Source of the DNA: a virus
Lineage: Duplodnaviria > Caudoviricetes
DNA: 42,311 nucleotides
IMG/VR virus record: IMGVR_UViG_3300037420_000294
Coordinates: 1-42,311 of that record
Direction: 5' to 3' (one strand)
Below the pieces are notes generated by a model. The model searched no databases and was not told where the DNA came from. It saw only the letters and a program-made list of their open reading frames with translations. Below are positions 8,352 through 17,864 of the stretch, one piece after another (position 1 is the first letter of the stretch; each line of letters starts with the position of its first letter). Both the position numbers and the translations under genes were made by a program.

Positions 8352-8987
8352 CTATCCTACCCGGTCAAGCATTTCCCGAGAGCGGCGCGGCATGATGAAC
8401 AGTACCCGCGTCGCCCATTCGACCTCGACATTCTCCATGTCCGGGGCATTCAGGGAGCGCAGCGTCCACCGGCCCGGCTCGGAGCCGCGGACGAGCTGCT
8501 TCACGTAAGTCTCGCCGGTTGTCAGGCGAACGGCGCAGTCATCGCCGATGTCATCTTCGATGACGCCTTCATGCGTGCGCTGGATGTAGAGGATGTCGCC
8601 GTCGCGATATTTCGGAAGCATAGAAGAGCCCTCGACCACGAGCGCCACCAGCTTGCCAGAGACACCTGGCGGCCGGGCTACCGTCTCGGCTTCCTCTATA
8701 TGGTCCTCTTCACGCACAGCTAAAAAGATAACGCTCCCACCAGCCCCGATTTTCCCGACTATCGGGACACGAGGCAATGCGAGGAGATCGCCGAGATCGA
8801 CATCCAATGCACCCGCAAGTTTCCTTAAAGTACTGAACTGGACGTCACCAGTCTTGGTTAGCAGGTCTTTGACGAGCGTTTTACTGGTCCCGACGCGCTG
8901 CGAGAGCGTCGTCGGCTTCACCTTTTTGCGCTCCATAATCCGCTGAAGATTGGCGCGGATCGTCTCAATGTCGGGTGCATCCGGCAT
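8352..8987 (-). CDS. cI: CI-like repressor (XRE HTH plus S24 peptidase)
   Basis: N-terminal HTH, candidate cleavage site in IGAG, catalytic GSSM.P and YVKQL; divergent from cro. Confidence 0.92.
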   Translation of the reverse strand: MPDAPDIETIRANLQRIMERKKVKPTTLSQRVGTSKTLVKDLLTKTGDVQFSTLRKLAGALDVDLGDLLALPRVPIVGKIGAGGSVIFLAVREEDHIEEAETVARPPGVSGKLVALVVEGSSMLPKYRDGDILYIQRTHEGVIEDDIGDDCAVRLTTGETYVKQLVRGSEPGRWTLRSLNAPDMENVEVEWATRVLFIMPRRSREMLDRVG

Positions 8988-9040
8988 GAGGGGGAATATC
9001 GCCGTGTCCGGCTGCGCAATGAAGCGGGGATAGAGCCTAC

Positions 9041-9070
9041 TTGACGGTTGGATACGTCCTACCTTATAGC
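9041..9070 (+). promoter_or_regulatory. PR-like promoter containing operator GTTGGATACGTCCTAC
   Basis: TTGACG-N18-TATAGC, with the ATG 7 nt later. The operator at 9047-9062 matches the left operator at 13/16 positions. An extra CCTAC half-site is at 9036-9040. Confidence 0.75.
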
Positions 9071-9077
9071 CGCATCC

Positions 9078-9272
9078 ATGCCCTTGCTCGACGACATCAA
9101 AGCATTCTGCGCAACTCACGATTTGTCCATCTGGAAATTCGGCGAGTTGGCGATGAACGACAAGTCGTTCGTCAAGAACCTCGAAGAGGGTCGCAGGATC
9201 TGGCCGGACACCGAGGCCAAGGTCCGCCGCTTCATGGCCACGTACAAGCCGGCGCAGGACGCGGCGGCATGA
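9078..9272 (+). CDS. cro: Cro-like protein
   Basis: 64 aa (LLDDIKAFC...FG..AMND.SFV..L..GR); divergent from cI. Confidence 0.75.
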   Translation: MPLLDDIKAFCATHDLSIWKFGELAMNDKSFVKNLEEGRRIWPDTEAKVRRFMATYKPAQDAAA

Positions 9273-9372
9273 TTGCAGCGCGCGCCCCAGCGCTGTCGGG
9301 AGGGCCCGGTGCTCGTTGCCCTACAGGTTCCGGGCCCTCCCTAGCTTCAACGCTTCCCGAGAGCTGACCGCA

Positions 9373-9669
9373 ATGCCTGGGGAGAGCATTCAAATCCTGT
9401 TTTGCCTCGCGCTGGTCGCGGCCGCTATCTGGGGCCTGCAGTGGGTCATCCGCGTGCTGACCGATCTCGACCGCGAGGCCGAGGCGCTTGAGCGGCGCAT
9501 CACGGCTGCCGAGCGCGAGTGGCTCGCGGCGCATGGTGATGTGGTGAAGTTCCCCGAAGATTTCCGGCCCGCTCGCTCTGGGAAAACGCGGGGGAGCGGC
9601 GCCGAGCAAGGCGAGCGGACCGGTACGCACAAAGTCACCTCTCTCACCGATGACAGGGGCGGCTTATAA
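9373..9669 (+). CDS. Hypothetical membrane-anchored protein
   Basis: N-terminal hydrophobic helix followed by a coiled coil; TAATG coupling to the next gene. Confidence 0.5.
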   Translation: MPGESIQILFCLALVAAAIWGLQWVIRVLTDLDREAEALERRITAAEREWLAAHGDVVKFPEDFRPARSGKTRGSGAEQGERTGTHKVTSLTDDRGGL

Positions 9670-9986
9670 TGGGTTTCGTTCCGACAATCCTCGGAAAGCG
9701 AATCGACGACATCCAGTCTGATGTCGGGACCGCGCTCCTGCTTGTGAAAAATCGCCGTGGCCTCCGTTTGATCGAGATGGCCGGCGTCATGGGCAAGAGC
9801 GAGGACACGATCAGCAAATACATCACCGGCGAATACGAAATGGGCTTCATCGCTTGGGAGCGCGCGAAGGACGCGTGGCCCGAGCTCGTCGAGATCATCG
9901 AGGAAACTGCCGCGGATCGCGCCTTGCGTGCCCGCCAGCGAGCGCTCGATCTCGACCGGCCAGCACGAAAGGACCGCGCCGCATGA
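9669..9986 (+). CDS. HTH protein in the CII position
   Basis: LRLIEMAGVMGKSEDTISKY is HTH-like. Confidence 0.6.
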   Translation: MGFVPTILGKRIDDIQSDVGTALLLVKNRRGLRLIEMAGVMGKSEDTISKYITGEYEMGFIAWERAKDAWPELVEIIEETAADRALRARQRALDLDRPARKDRAA

Positions 9987-10207
9987 GCGCCTTCGACAGG
10001 CTTCCTGCTGAATATCGCGAGCTGTGCGCCGCGATCGCGAAGAACAGCCCGCCTCGCATTCTTGCGCATCGGAAGGTGCCGCTCAGTCCACAGAACCGCC
10101 GCGTTCGCTTCGCCGCCGATCAGTACCTGGCCGAGCGGCGCCACAATGAACGCGAAGCCCAGCGGAGGATGAGTACCGGCCATCTCCCGCGGGTCCGGAC
10201 GCCATAG
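9983..10207 (+). CDS. Hypothetical protein
   Basis: Start MSAFDRLP with ATGA overlap and AAGGA RBS. Confidence 0.55.
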   Translation: MSAFDRLPAEYRELCAAIAKNSPPRILAHRKVPLSPQNRRVRFAADQYLAERRHNEREAQRRMSTGHLPRVRTP

Positions 10208-10208
10208 A

Positions 10209-10526
10209 ATGCCCGGGGGAGCAATTCGCATCGCCGACATTCAGCAGGCCGTCGCCGAGCGTTACCGCGTGCCGGTCGCGATGATGAAAGCGCCGAGCGG
10301 CTGCACGACGAACGAGCGCAAGTTCGCATGGCCGCGCCAGGTGGCGATGACGCTCGCTTGGCGCCTGACCGACCATAGCAGCGTCCGCATCGGCCAGTTC
10401 TTCGGCGGCCGGGATCACGCGACCGTGCTTTACGCGATGCGCGCAGTCGAGAAGCGGCGCCGGAACAATCCCAAGCTGCATCAGTCGCTGCGCGCGCTGA
10501 CATTCGAGCTGGTGCGTCATGCCTAG
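10209..10526 (+). CDS. Stand-alone DnaA domain IV (C-terminal HTH) protein
   Basis: IQQAVA...PRQVAM.L...IG.FFGGRDHATVLYA. Confidence 0.88.
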   Translation: MPGGAIRIADIQQAVAERYRVPVAMMKAPSGCTTNERKFAWPRQVAMTLAWRLTDHSSVRIGQFFGGRDHATVLYAMRAVEKRRRNNPKLHQSLRALTFELVRHA

Positions 10527-11106
10527 CCGTCAGCTGGTCACATACCTGCAGCTGCGCGCGGACGGCGCGACCGTCGGAGTTGCCGCCGAGCAATCGACCA
10601 TCGGGCTCGTCGAAGCGCGCCTGCACGAAGAGGACATCGCGAGCGGAGCGCTCGAGCTCCCTCGCGCACGTGCACGTGCACGCGAGGGCAACCAACCAGG
10701 AGAGGGTGAAGTCATGGAAGACGTGAAGACGAGCATCCGCGTTGGCGACGGACCCGAAGTGCCGATCGATCTCAAGAAAGACCTGGACGCGCCGGAGAAC
10801 GCGGGCGCCAAGGAGCAGATCGGCGGCATGTTCAAGAAGCCGGCAACCGACACTGGCGCACGCCTCAAGCTCTACATCGAACGTGTCGAACGGCTCGACG
10901 AAGAGATCAAGGGCCTGAACAGCGACAAGAGCGACCTGTTCACGGAGATGAAGTCGGACGGCTTCGACACGAAGACGATCAAGCGCATCCTGAAGCTGCG
11001 CAAGATGGAGCCGCACGAACGGCAGGAAGCCGAGGCGCTGCTCCAAACCTACATGGATGCCATCGGCATGACGCCGATCGAGCAAGCCATCGCGTTGGCG
11101 GCCTGA
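10519..11106 (+). CDS. GapR / DUF2312-domain protein with N-terminal extension
   Basis: LKLYIERVERLDEE...GFDTKTIKRILKLRK...EQ.EALLQTY pattern; alternative start at 10714. Confidence 0.85.
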   Translation: MPSRQLVTYLQLRADGATVGVAAEQSTIGLVEARLHEEDIASGALELPRARARAREGNQPGEGEVMEDVKTSIRVGDGPEVPIDLKKDLDAPENAGAKEQIGGMFKKPATDTGARLKLYIERVERLDEEIKGLNSDKSDLFTEMKSDGFDTKTIKRILKLRKMEPHERQEAEALLQTYMDAIGMTPIEQAIALAA

Positions 11107-11109
11107 TCC

Positions 11110-11565
11110 GTGTCGGCGGATGCTCTTGAACTGCCGGTGCCGCTCGCGCGCATCAGCATCGTCGTTCCTGGCGCGCCGGTGCCGAAGGGCCGCCCCCGCC
11201 TGTCCACCATCCACGGTCAGGCGCGCGCGTTCACGCCAGCCAAGACGCGCCGCTACGAAGATTTGATCCGGCTTGAGGCTGGCCGCGTGATGGAGGGGCG
11301 CGGCAAGCTTCAAGGTCCGACGCGGGTTGAAATCCGCGCCTACATGCCGATGCCGCAGGCGCTGGCCAAGCATAAGCTCAAGGGGCCGGCCGCCGAAGCG
11401 GGCGTCATTCGCCCGATCACCAAGCCCGACGTCGACAATTTCGCCAAGGTCATCGATGCGCTGAACGGGATCGTATGGCCCGACGACAATCAGGTCGTCG
11501 AGCTGACGGTAGTCAAGTTCTACTCCGCGCGGCCGCGGCTCGAAATGACGGCGGAAGAACTGTGA
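11110..11565 (+). CDS. rusA: RusA Holliday junction resolvase
   Basis: PVPKGRPR and KPDVDNFAK..DALNG..W.DD.QV motifs. Confidence 0.92.
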   Translation: MSADALELPVPLARISIVVPGAPVPKGRPRLSTIHGQARAFTPAKTRRYEDLIRLEAGRVMEGRGKLQGPTRVEIRAYMPMPQALAKHKLKGPAAEAGVIRPITKPDVDNFAKVIDALNGIVWPDDNQVVELTVVKFYSARPRLEMTAEEL

Positions 11566-11615
11566 TCCGGGTCGCCGAAATCCAGCGCGCCGATGGCCTG
11601 GTGCGTCATGGCTAG
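11562..11615 (+). pseudogene. 17-codon remnant of a DnaA-HTH paralogue
   Basis: MIRVAEIQRADGLVRHG resembles both ends of gene 10209-10526; shares CTGGTGCGTCATG. Confidence 0.5.
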
Positions 11616-12585
11616 ACCAGCAAGCGCGCGCCTCAAGGTCAATCCGCCGATCGGCGAGAAGCCGGCGCTGCGTTGGCTCCGCCTGGACGAGATTGGCGTC
11701 GACTATGCCTACCAGCGGTCGCTCGAGGCACCGAACTCGCAAAGCCTGATCCGCAAGATTGCGACCTTCTGGGATTGGAGCCTGTGCCAGCCGCTGACCG
11801 TCGCCAAGCGTCCCGGCGGCGCCCTGATGATCGTCGACGGCCAGCATCGCCATGCCGCGGCGAAGCTCCGTCGAGACATTGAAGCGCTTCCCTGCGTCGT
11901 CGTCGCCTATCCGAACGCGGGCGATGAAGCGGCGGCGTTCGTGGCGCTCAATCAGCAGCGGCGGCCGCTCACGCGCATCGATCTATTCAGGGCTGCGCTC
12001 GCAGCCGAGGACAGCGGTTGCCGGCAGATCGTCACCGCACTTGAGAAAGCCGGGCTGAGCCTCGCGCGCCACAGCAACTACACCGCATGGCGGCCGGGCG
12101 ACGTCTCGAATATCGGCGGCATCCAGAACGTCTGGAAAGCGCACGGCCCGGCGGTTGTCGAACCAGCGCTTCAGGCGCTTTCGCTGGCCTTTCGCGGCGC
12201 GGTGCTGCGCTACGCCGGAACCATCTTCCCTGGCATTGCAGGCTTCCTCGTGATCAATTCGGCGGCACGCGGAGGCGAGCAATTCGAGCGCCTGGTCGTC
12301 ACTCTGCGCAAGCATGATCAGGCTGGCTGGCGTCGCCTCATCATGCGGCGCGCCGGCGAAACCGGCGAACGGCGCGACAAGGCCGGCCGTGGCGTCATTG
12401 CCGATGCCTTTGCTGACGCTCGCGAATGCCCAACCCCAGCAGCGAAGTGCGACAAGGCGCCGCTGACCTTCGACCAGCAGCTCGCGCGCGTCGAGCGTGG
12501 CGAGGTCGGGATTGCGCCCGCATTTCATCCATCACGGCCGGCGCCAGACCAGACGCTCGGCGGCGTGGGGAGTAGTCTCGTATGA
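11608..12585 (+). CDS. ParB-like / DUF6551-type protein
   Basis: VD..YQR, IVDGQHR and EA..FV.LN motifs. Confidence 0.75.
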   Translation: MARPASARLKVNPPIGEKPALRWLRLDEIGVDYAYQRSLEAPNSQSLIRKIATFWDWSLCQPLTVAKRPGGALMIVDGQHRHAAAKLRRDIEALPCVVVAYPNAGDEAAAFVALNQQRRPLTRIDLFRAALAAEDSGCRQIVTALEKAGLSLARHSNYTAWRPGDVSNIGGIQNVWKAHGPAVVEPALQALSLAFRGAVLRYAGTIFPGIAGFLVINSAARGGEQFERLVVTLRKHDQAGWRRLIMRRAGETGERRDKAGRGVIADAFADARECPTPAAKCDKAPLTFDQQLARVERGEVGIAPAFHPSRPAPDQTLGGVGSSLV

Positions 12586-13328
12586 ACGTCGCCGCATCGG
12601 TCCTCAGGCGTCACAAAACGACGCACGGCCGGCGGGCGCACGGCCACATGCCTGTCGTGCTCGGCGCGCTGGATCCGGCCTATCGCTACGGCCGGACGAT
12701 CTTCCCAACGCGCGTGTTCGATCCCGACGAAGTTCAGCGGGTGCTGAAAGACGGCCACCAGAGCCGCAAGATCGGCAAGTTCGTCACCAAGGGCGCGCGC
12801 CGCGGTTGGCCGCTGTTCACGCTGACACTGGAAGAGCGAGCAACCTGCCCACGGACGTGCCTCGCCTGGTCATACTGTTACGGCAATAACATGCAGGCGG
12901 CCGAGCGGATTACCGCCGGGCCCGCGCTCGAGGAGGCGCTTTGGAACGAGCTCCTGGCGCTGCAATTCGCGCATCCCAAGGGCTTCATGGTGCGCCTGCA
13001 CGTCCTCGGCGATTTCTATTCACTCGGCTATGTGAAGCTGTGGAAGCGGGCGCTCGCCGCGTTCCCCGCTCTTCATGTTTTCGGGTTCACGGCGCGGCTT
13101 CCCGGCACGGAGATTGGCGACGCGCTGCTCGAAATGGTGACCGAGCAATGGGACCGCTTTGCTGTTCGCTTTTCCGGCATGGACGGGCCGACGCTTGGCT
13201 CGCAGCTGATGCCGGACGCTCATCCGCAGGCGATCCCGTGCCCGGCGCAAACCGACGCGACCGACTGCTGCGCAACCTGTGCGCTGTGCTGGAATAGCAA
13301 GCGCTCCATCGCGTTCGCGAGGCACTGA
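12582..13328 (+). CDS. Gp88-like Cys-rich protein
   Basis: TCPRTC...CY, RLHVLGDF and CPAQ...CCATCALCW motifs. Confidence 0.65.
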   Translation: MNVAASVLRRHKTTHGRRAHGHMPVVLGALDPAYRYGRTIFPTRVFDPDEVQRVLKDGHQSRKIGKFVTKGARRGWPLFTLTLEERATCPRTCLAWSYCYGNNMQAAERITAGPALEEALWNELLALQFAHPKGFMVRLHVLGDFYSLGYVKLWKRALAAFPALHVFGFTARLPGTEIGDALLEMVTEQWDRFAVRFSGMDGPTLGSQLMPDAHPQAIPCPAQTDATDCCATCALCWNSKRSIAFARH

Positions 13329-15893
13329 ATGAACGCGCCCGATCCCTATCGCGCCTTTCTCGAGCAGAAGATCATCGCGCCGCCCGCGCTTGGGCTTCCG
13401 TGCGAGCCGGATGAGGTCAATCCGCTCCTCAAGCCCCACCAGCGCGCCTGCGTCGTCTGGGCGGTGCGCGGCGGCCGGCGCGGGCTGTTCCAGTCGTTCG
13501 GGCTCGGCAAGACTGTGCAGCAGCTGGAAATCGTCCGGCTGATCACGACAAAGACCGGCGAGCTCGGCCTCATCGTCGCGCCATTGGGCGTCCGCCGCGA
13601 ATTCATGCGCGACGCGGAGATGCTCGGGATCAATCTCGCGTTCGTCAAAAGCGATGCCGAGATCGCCGCGCTCCGACCCGACGATGACGTCGACCCGCCG
13701 ATCTTCCTCACCAATTACGAGAGCATTCGCGAAAGCAAGATCGACGTCGCCCGCTTCGGCTGCGTCAGTCTCGACGAAGCGGCCGTGCTGCGCTCCTACG
13801 GGTCAAAGACCTACCAGGAGTTCCTGCCGCTTTTCGAGCACGTGCCCTATCGCTTCGTCGCCACCGCGACGCCGAGCCCCAACCGTTACAAGGAGCTGAT
13901 CCATTATGCCGGCTTCCTCGGCATCATGGACACCGGCCAGGCGCTGACCCGCTTCTTCCAGCGCAACAGCGAGAAGGCCAACGACCTCACGCTCTATCCG
14001 CACAAGGAAGCGGAATTCTGGCTCTGGCTGAACAGCTGGGGCGTCTTCCTGCAGAAGCCGTCCGACCTCGGATTTTCAGACGATGGCTATGACCTTCCGC
14101 CGATCACGGTGCGCTACCATTCCGTTGCCTGCGATCTGTCGGATGCCGGCGTTGAAGGAAATGGCCAGCATCGCCTGATCCGCGACGCCGCGCTCGGCGT
14201 CGTCGACGCTGCGCGCGAGAAGCGCGACACGCTTGAAAACCGCGTCGCCAAGGTAAAGGAGATCGTCGGCGAGGTACCGGACGAGCATTTCCTCATCTGG
14301 CACGACCTCGAGGACGAGCGCCGCGCGATTTGCGCCGCGCTGCCTGACGCCAAGGCCGTCTATGGTTCACAGGAACTCGACGCGCGCGAGGAGATCATCG
14401 GCGACTTCGCGGACGGGCGCTTGCCGATCCTCGCTGCCAAGCCGGTCATGCTCGGCTCCGGCACGAACCTGCAGCGGCACTGCCACCGCGCAATTTTTGC
14501 CGGCATCGGGTTCAAGTTCAACGATCTCGTGCAGGCAATCCATCGGCTTCACCGCTTCCAACAGGAAAAGCCGGTCGAGATCGACATCATCCACGCCGAA
14601 ACCGAGACCGAAGTGCTGCGGACGCTTCAGCAGAAGTGGAAGCGCCACGACGAGCTGACCCGGCGCATGAGCGCGATCATCCGCGAATACGGCCTCAATC
14701 ATGAGGCCGCGGCCGAGACCTTGAAGCGCACGATCGGCTGCGAGCGGCGCGAGGAAAGCGGCGGGAATGGCCTCTGGCGCATGGTCCGCAACGACTGTGT
14801 CGATGAGGTTCGGCATATGGCCGATAGCAGCGTCGACCTTGTGGTGACGTCGATCCCTTTCGGCAATCATTACGAATATTCGGAGAGCTATAACGACTTC
14901 GGTCACACCGACGATCACGAGCATTTCTTCGCGCAGCTGGATTTCCTGACGCCCGAACTGCTCCGGATCCTGAAACCAGGCCGGCTTGCCGCGGTGCACG
15001 TCAAGGACCGTATCCAGTTCGCGAGCGTCACGGGAATGACCCGGCCGACTGTCGAGCCGTTCCACGCGGACACGATCGCTCACTTCCGCAAGCACGGCTT
15101 CGGCTACATGGGTCTAAGGTTCATCGCCACCGATGTCGTCCGCGAGAACAACCAGACCTATCGCCTGACCTACAAGGAGCTGCGCAAGGACTCGACCAAA
15201 ATGGGCTGTGGAAGCCCCGAGTTCCTGCTGCTGTTCTTCAAGCTGCCGACCGACCGCTCCAACGGCTATGCCGATGAGCCGGTCACCAAGAACGCGGACG
15301 AATACAGCCTAGCGCGCTGGCAGATCGACGCTGATGCGCTGTGGCGCTCGAGCGGCGACCGGCCGCTGACCTCGGCGGAAATGGCGCTGATGCCGCCGGA
15401 CACGCTCGCCAAGCTGTTCCCGGCATGGTCGATCCAGGACATTTACGATCACGAGCAGCACGTTGAGATCGGCGAAGGGCTTGCCGAGCGCCAGGCTCTC
15501 CCAAAGACCTTCTCGGTCCTCAAACCCGGCACGCTGCGCGATGATGTCTGGACCGATGTGGTTCGAATGCGCACGCTCAACAGCGAGCAGTCCCGGCGCC
15601 GCGTCGAAGCCCATATCTGCCCCCTGCAGTTCGACATCGTCGATCGTGCGATCCGGCTCTATTCAAACCCGGGCGACCTTGTGTTTGATCCTTTTGCCGG
15701 TCTCGGCACGGTGCCAATGCGCGCGATCAAACTGGGCCGCCGCGGCGCCGGCGTCGAACTCAACGAAGTCTCGTGGCGCGATGCGGTGCACTATTGCCGC
15801 GAAGCCGAAGCAGAGCATGCGGTCCCGTCGCTCTTCGACCTGATCGATGCCCCAATCGAGGATGCCGGCCTAGCGACGAGAAGCGCGGCCTGA
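13329..15893 (+). CDS. SNF2-like helicase fused to an N4C/N6A DNA methyltransferase
   Basis: Helicase motifs GLGKT, LDEA, TATP, QAIHR..R; methyltransferase motifs TSIPF, HICP and DPFAGLGT. Confidence 0.88.
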   Translation: MNAPDPYRAFLEQKIIAPPALGLPCEPDEVNPLLKPHQRACVVWAVRGGRRGLFQSFGLGKTVQQLEIVRLITTKTGELGLIVAPLGVRREFMRDAEMLGINLAFVKSDAEIAALRPDDDVDPPIFLTNYESIRESKIDVARFGCVSLDEAAVLRSYGSKTYQEFLPLFEHVPYRFVATATPSPNRYKELIHYAGFLGIMDTGQALTRFFQRNSEKANDLTLYPHKEAEFWLWLNSWGVFLQKPSDLGFSDDGYDLPPITVRYHSVACDLSDAGVEGNGQHRLIRDAALGVVDAAREKRDTLENRVAKVKEIVGEVPDEHFLIWHDLEDERRAICAALPDAKAVYGSQELDAREEIIGDFADGRLPILAAKPVMLGSGTNLQRHCHRAIFAGIGFKFNDLVQAIHRLHRFQQEKPVEIDIIHAETETEVLRTLQQKWKRHDELTRRMSAIIREYGLNHEAAAETLKRTIGCERREESGGNGLWRMVRNDCVDEVRHMADSSVDLVVTSIPFGNHYEYSESYNDFGHTDDHEHFFAQLDFLTPELLRILKPGRLAAVHVKDRIQFASVTGMTRPTVEPFHADTIAHFRKHGFGYMGLRFIATDVVRENNQTYRLTYKELRKDSTKMGCGSPEFLLLFFKLPTDRSNGYADEPVTKNADEYSLARWQIDADALWRSSGDRPLTSAEMALMPPDTLAKLFPAWSIQDIYDHEQHVEIGEGLAERQALPKTFSVLKPGTLRDDVWTDVVRMRTLNSEQSRRRVEAHICPLQFDIVDRAIRLYSNPGDLVFDPFAGLGTVPMRAIKLGRRGAGVELNEVSWRDAVHYCREAEAEHAVPSLFDLIDAPIEDAGLATRSAA

Positions 15894-16081
15894 TGCGCCG
15901 CTGGGGAGCATCGCAGATATCGTCCAGCCGAGCGAAGGCCGCGCTGTCGATGCTGCTCGCAGGATGCACGCCTGAGCGGCTGGCGTCGTTCACGGTCGAG
16001 GGGTTGGCTGTGTCGTACAACGTGCCGGTCTCGACCGTCGAGAAGATGCTGGCACGGGCTCGGCAGGGGCAAATGCTGTGA
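15893..16081 (+). CDS. Hypothetical protein
   Basis: TGATG-coupled start; 62 aa. Confidence 0.55.
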   Translation: MRRWGASQISSSRAKAALSMLLAGCTPERLASFTVEGLAVSYNVPVSTVEKMLARARQGQML

Positions 16082-16437
16082 ACGCCGAGGTCGTTCCCGG
16101 TGTATCCCGGCCGCCTCGCCGCGAAGATTACGAGCCAATCGTCAAAGGTCTTCGCCCCTTCATCGAAGGCGAGGAGCTGGTGCTGCGCTCGTCGCTGCTC
16201 CTGATGCGCGACCGGGCGATGGCGACAAAGTTCAGTGCCTGCGAACCATCCTGGCACCTTCTTGAAGTCGTCGAACGCGTCGCATCGGAAAACGCGATGA
16301 ACTGGCGCGTCACGATCGACGACCTGCGCGAGATCAGACGACTCTGCGTCATGTGCGTCACCAATGCGTCCGGCTTCGATGCGTTGTTCCAGCCGCGGCT
16401 TCCTCTCGACGAAGGGGAGGCGGATGCCGGTGAGTGA
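16078..16437 (+). CDS. Hypothetical protein
   Basis: GTGA overlap; 119 aa. Confidence 0.6.
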   Translation: MNAEVVPGVSRPPRREDYEPIVKGLRPFIEGEELVLRSSLLLMRDRAMATKFSACEPSWHLLEVVERVASENAMNWRVTIDDLREIRRLCVMCVTNASGFDALFQPRLPLDEGEADAGE

Positions 16438-17683
16438 CTACGACGACGATCCGTTCGAAGGCTACGCGCCGGACATTCCCGTTCGCCAGCCGCGCGCGCC
16501 GTCCAACGACGAGATGCCGCCCTGGCTGCGCGAGGTCCCGCCTCATGGTGAGGCGATCAAGACCCCCCAGCCGATCGTCGCGACGCCGTTCACGTGGCGC
16601 GACGAGAGCGAAATACCCGCGCGCCAATGGCTTTACGGCAAGCACCTGCTGCGACGCTTCGTCAGCGTCGACGTCGCCGCCGGCGGAACCGGCAAGTCAA
16701 GCGTCAAGATCGGCGAGGCGCTCGCTATGGCGTCAGGCCGCGCGCTCTACGGCATCGACGTGCATGACGGCCCGCTGACCGTCTGGCTCTACAATCTCGA
16801 GGATCCGGCCGAGGAATCGGAACGGCGCATCCACGCCACGGCCAAGTGGTTTCATCTCAGCCCCGCGGACGTCGACGGCCGGCTCTACGTCGACAGCGGC
16901 CGCGATCAGCGCTGCGTCATCGCGACAGAGACCGAATATGGCGCCCGCATCGCCCAGCCCGTTTATGAGCAGATCAAGGCCCAGCTGCTCGAGCGCAACA
17001 TTGACGTCCTCACGATCGATCCGTTCGTTTCGAGCCATGAGGTCAGCGAAAACGACAATCGCGCGATCGACGCCGTGGTCAAGGCATGGGGCCGCCTCGC
17101 CGACGAATGCAACTGCTCGATCAACCTGGTTCACCACGTCCGCAAGGGCAACGGCACCGAGACCAATGCCGACAGTGCCCGCGGCGCCAAGGCGCTGGTC
17201 GACGCGGCCCGGAGTGTGAACGTCTTCAACCGCATGAGCCCGGATGAGGCCTCACTGGCCGGAATAGCCGAAGATCAGCGCGGTTTCTTTTTCAGGGTTC
17301 AGAACGACAAAGCGAACCTCGCGCCGCCCGACAAGGCGACGTGGTATCGAATGAATAACGTCTCCCTCGGCAATGGCGATCAGGTCGGGGTGGCGTGTCC
17401 GTGGCGGTGGCCGGAGCTGTTCGAAGGCATATCGACGCGTCATCTGATCGCAGTTCAGAAACTGGTGCACGAAGGCGAGTGGCGCGCCGACTCCCGGTCC
17501 TCCCAATGGGTCGGGATTGCGGTCGGCCAGGTGCTCGACATCGACCCGGACAGCTCGCGCAAGCGGATCGTCAAGCTCCTCAAGGAGTGGATCGAAAACG
17601 GGGCGCTCAAGATTGTCGAGAAGCTCGATGACGAACGCCATTCGCGCAAGTTCGTGGAGGTTGGAAAATGGGCGCACGAATGA
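16424..17683 (+). CDS. RecA-family (RepA/AAA_25-like) replicative helicase
   Basis: Walker A AAGGTGKS plus NLED, IDPF, HHVRK, ARGA..L and K.N motifs. Confidence 0.85.
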   Translation: MPVSDYDDDPFEGYAPDIPVRQPRAPSNDEMPPWLREVPPHGEAIKTPQPIVATPFTWRDESEIPARQWLYGKHLLRRFVSVDVAAGGTGKSSVKIGEALAMASGRALYGIDVHDGPLTVWLYNLEDPAEESERRIHATAKWFHLSPADVDGRLYVDSGRDQRCVIATETEYGARIAQPVYEQIKAQLLERNIDVLTIDPFVSSHEVSENDNRAIDAVVKAWGRLADECNCSINLVHHVRKGNGTETNADSARGAKALVDAARSVNVFNRMSPDEASLAGIAEDQRGFFFRVQNDKANLAPPDKATWYRMNNVSLGNGDQVGVACPWRWPELFEGISTRHLIAVQKLVHEGEWRADSRSSQWVGIAVGQVLDIDPDSSRKRIVKLLKEWIENGALKIVEKLDDERHSRKFVEVGKWAHE

Positions 17684-17703
17684 TGCCGCGCGACTTACGC
17701 ACA

Positions 17704-17864
17704 ACTGTCGCACGACCGTCGCAAATGCGAAAGTTTGCGACAGTCACACTTAACAGTGAACTACCGACGCAGTGCCAATCGGGCGGCGCTCTCCACCGCC
17801 GCGCCTCCGTCGCAGCCGCAACGGTTGGGATGCTTCGCTTTGGCTACGCACCGCAACCGTCGCT
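17704..17864. repeat. Iteron-like ACYGTCGCA repeats (candidate origin)
   Basis: Direct copies at 17704 and 17715, inverted copies at 17726 and 17736, further variants at 17763, 17807 and 17856, in the gap after the helicase. Confidence 0.5.

Noticed and set aside
10666-10683. GCACGT tandem repeat / palindrome
   Set aside because: A single occurrence explained by the RARARA coding run; no other support.
11045-11080. Partial ACCTACA matches (also near 15167, 21571, 38966, and GCCTACA near 41835)
   Set aside because: They are Thr-Tyr or Ala-Tyr codons inside genes and lack the TA hexamer 19 nt downstream.
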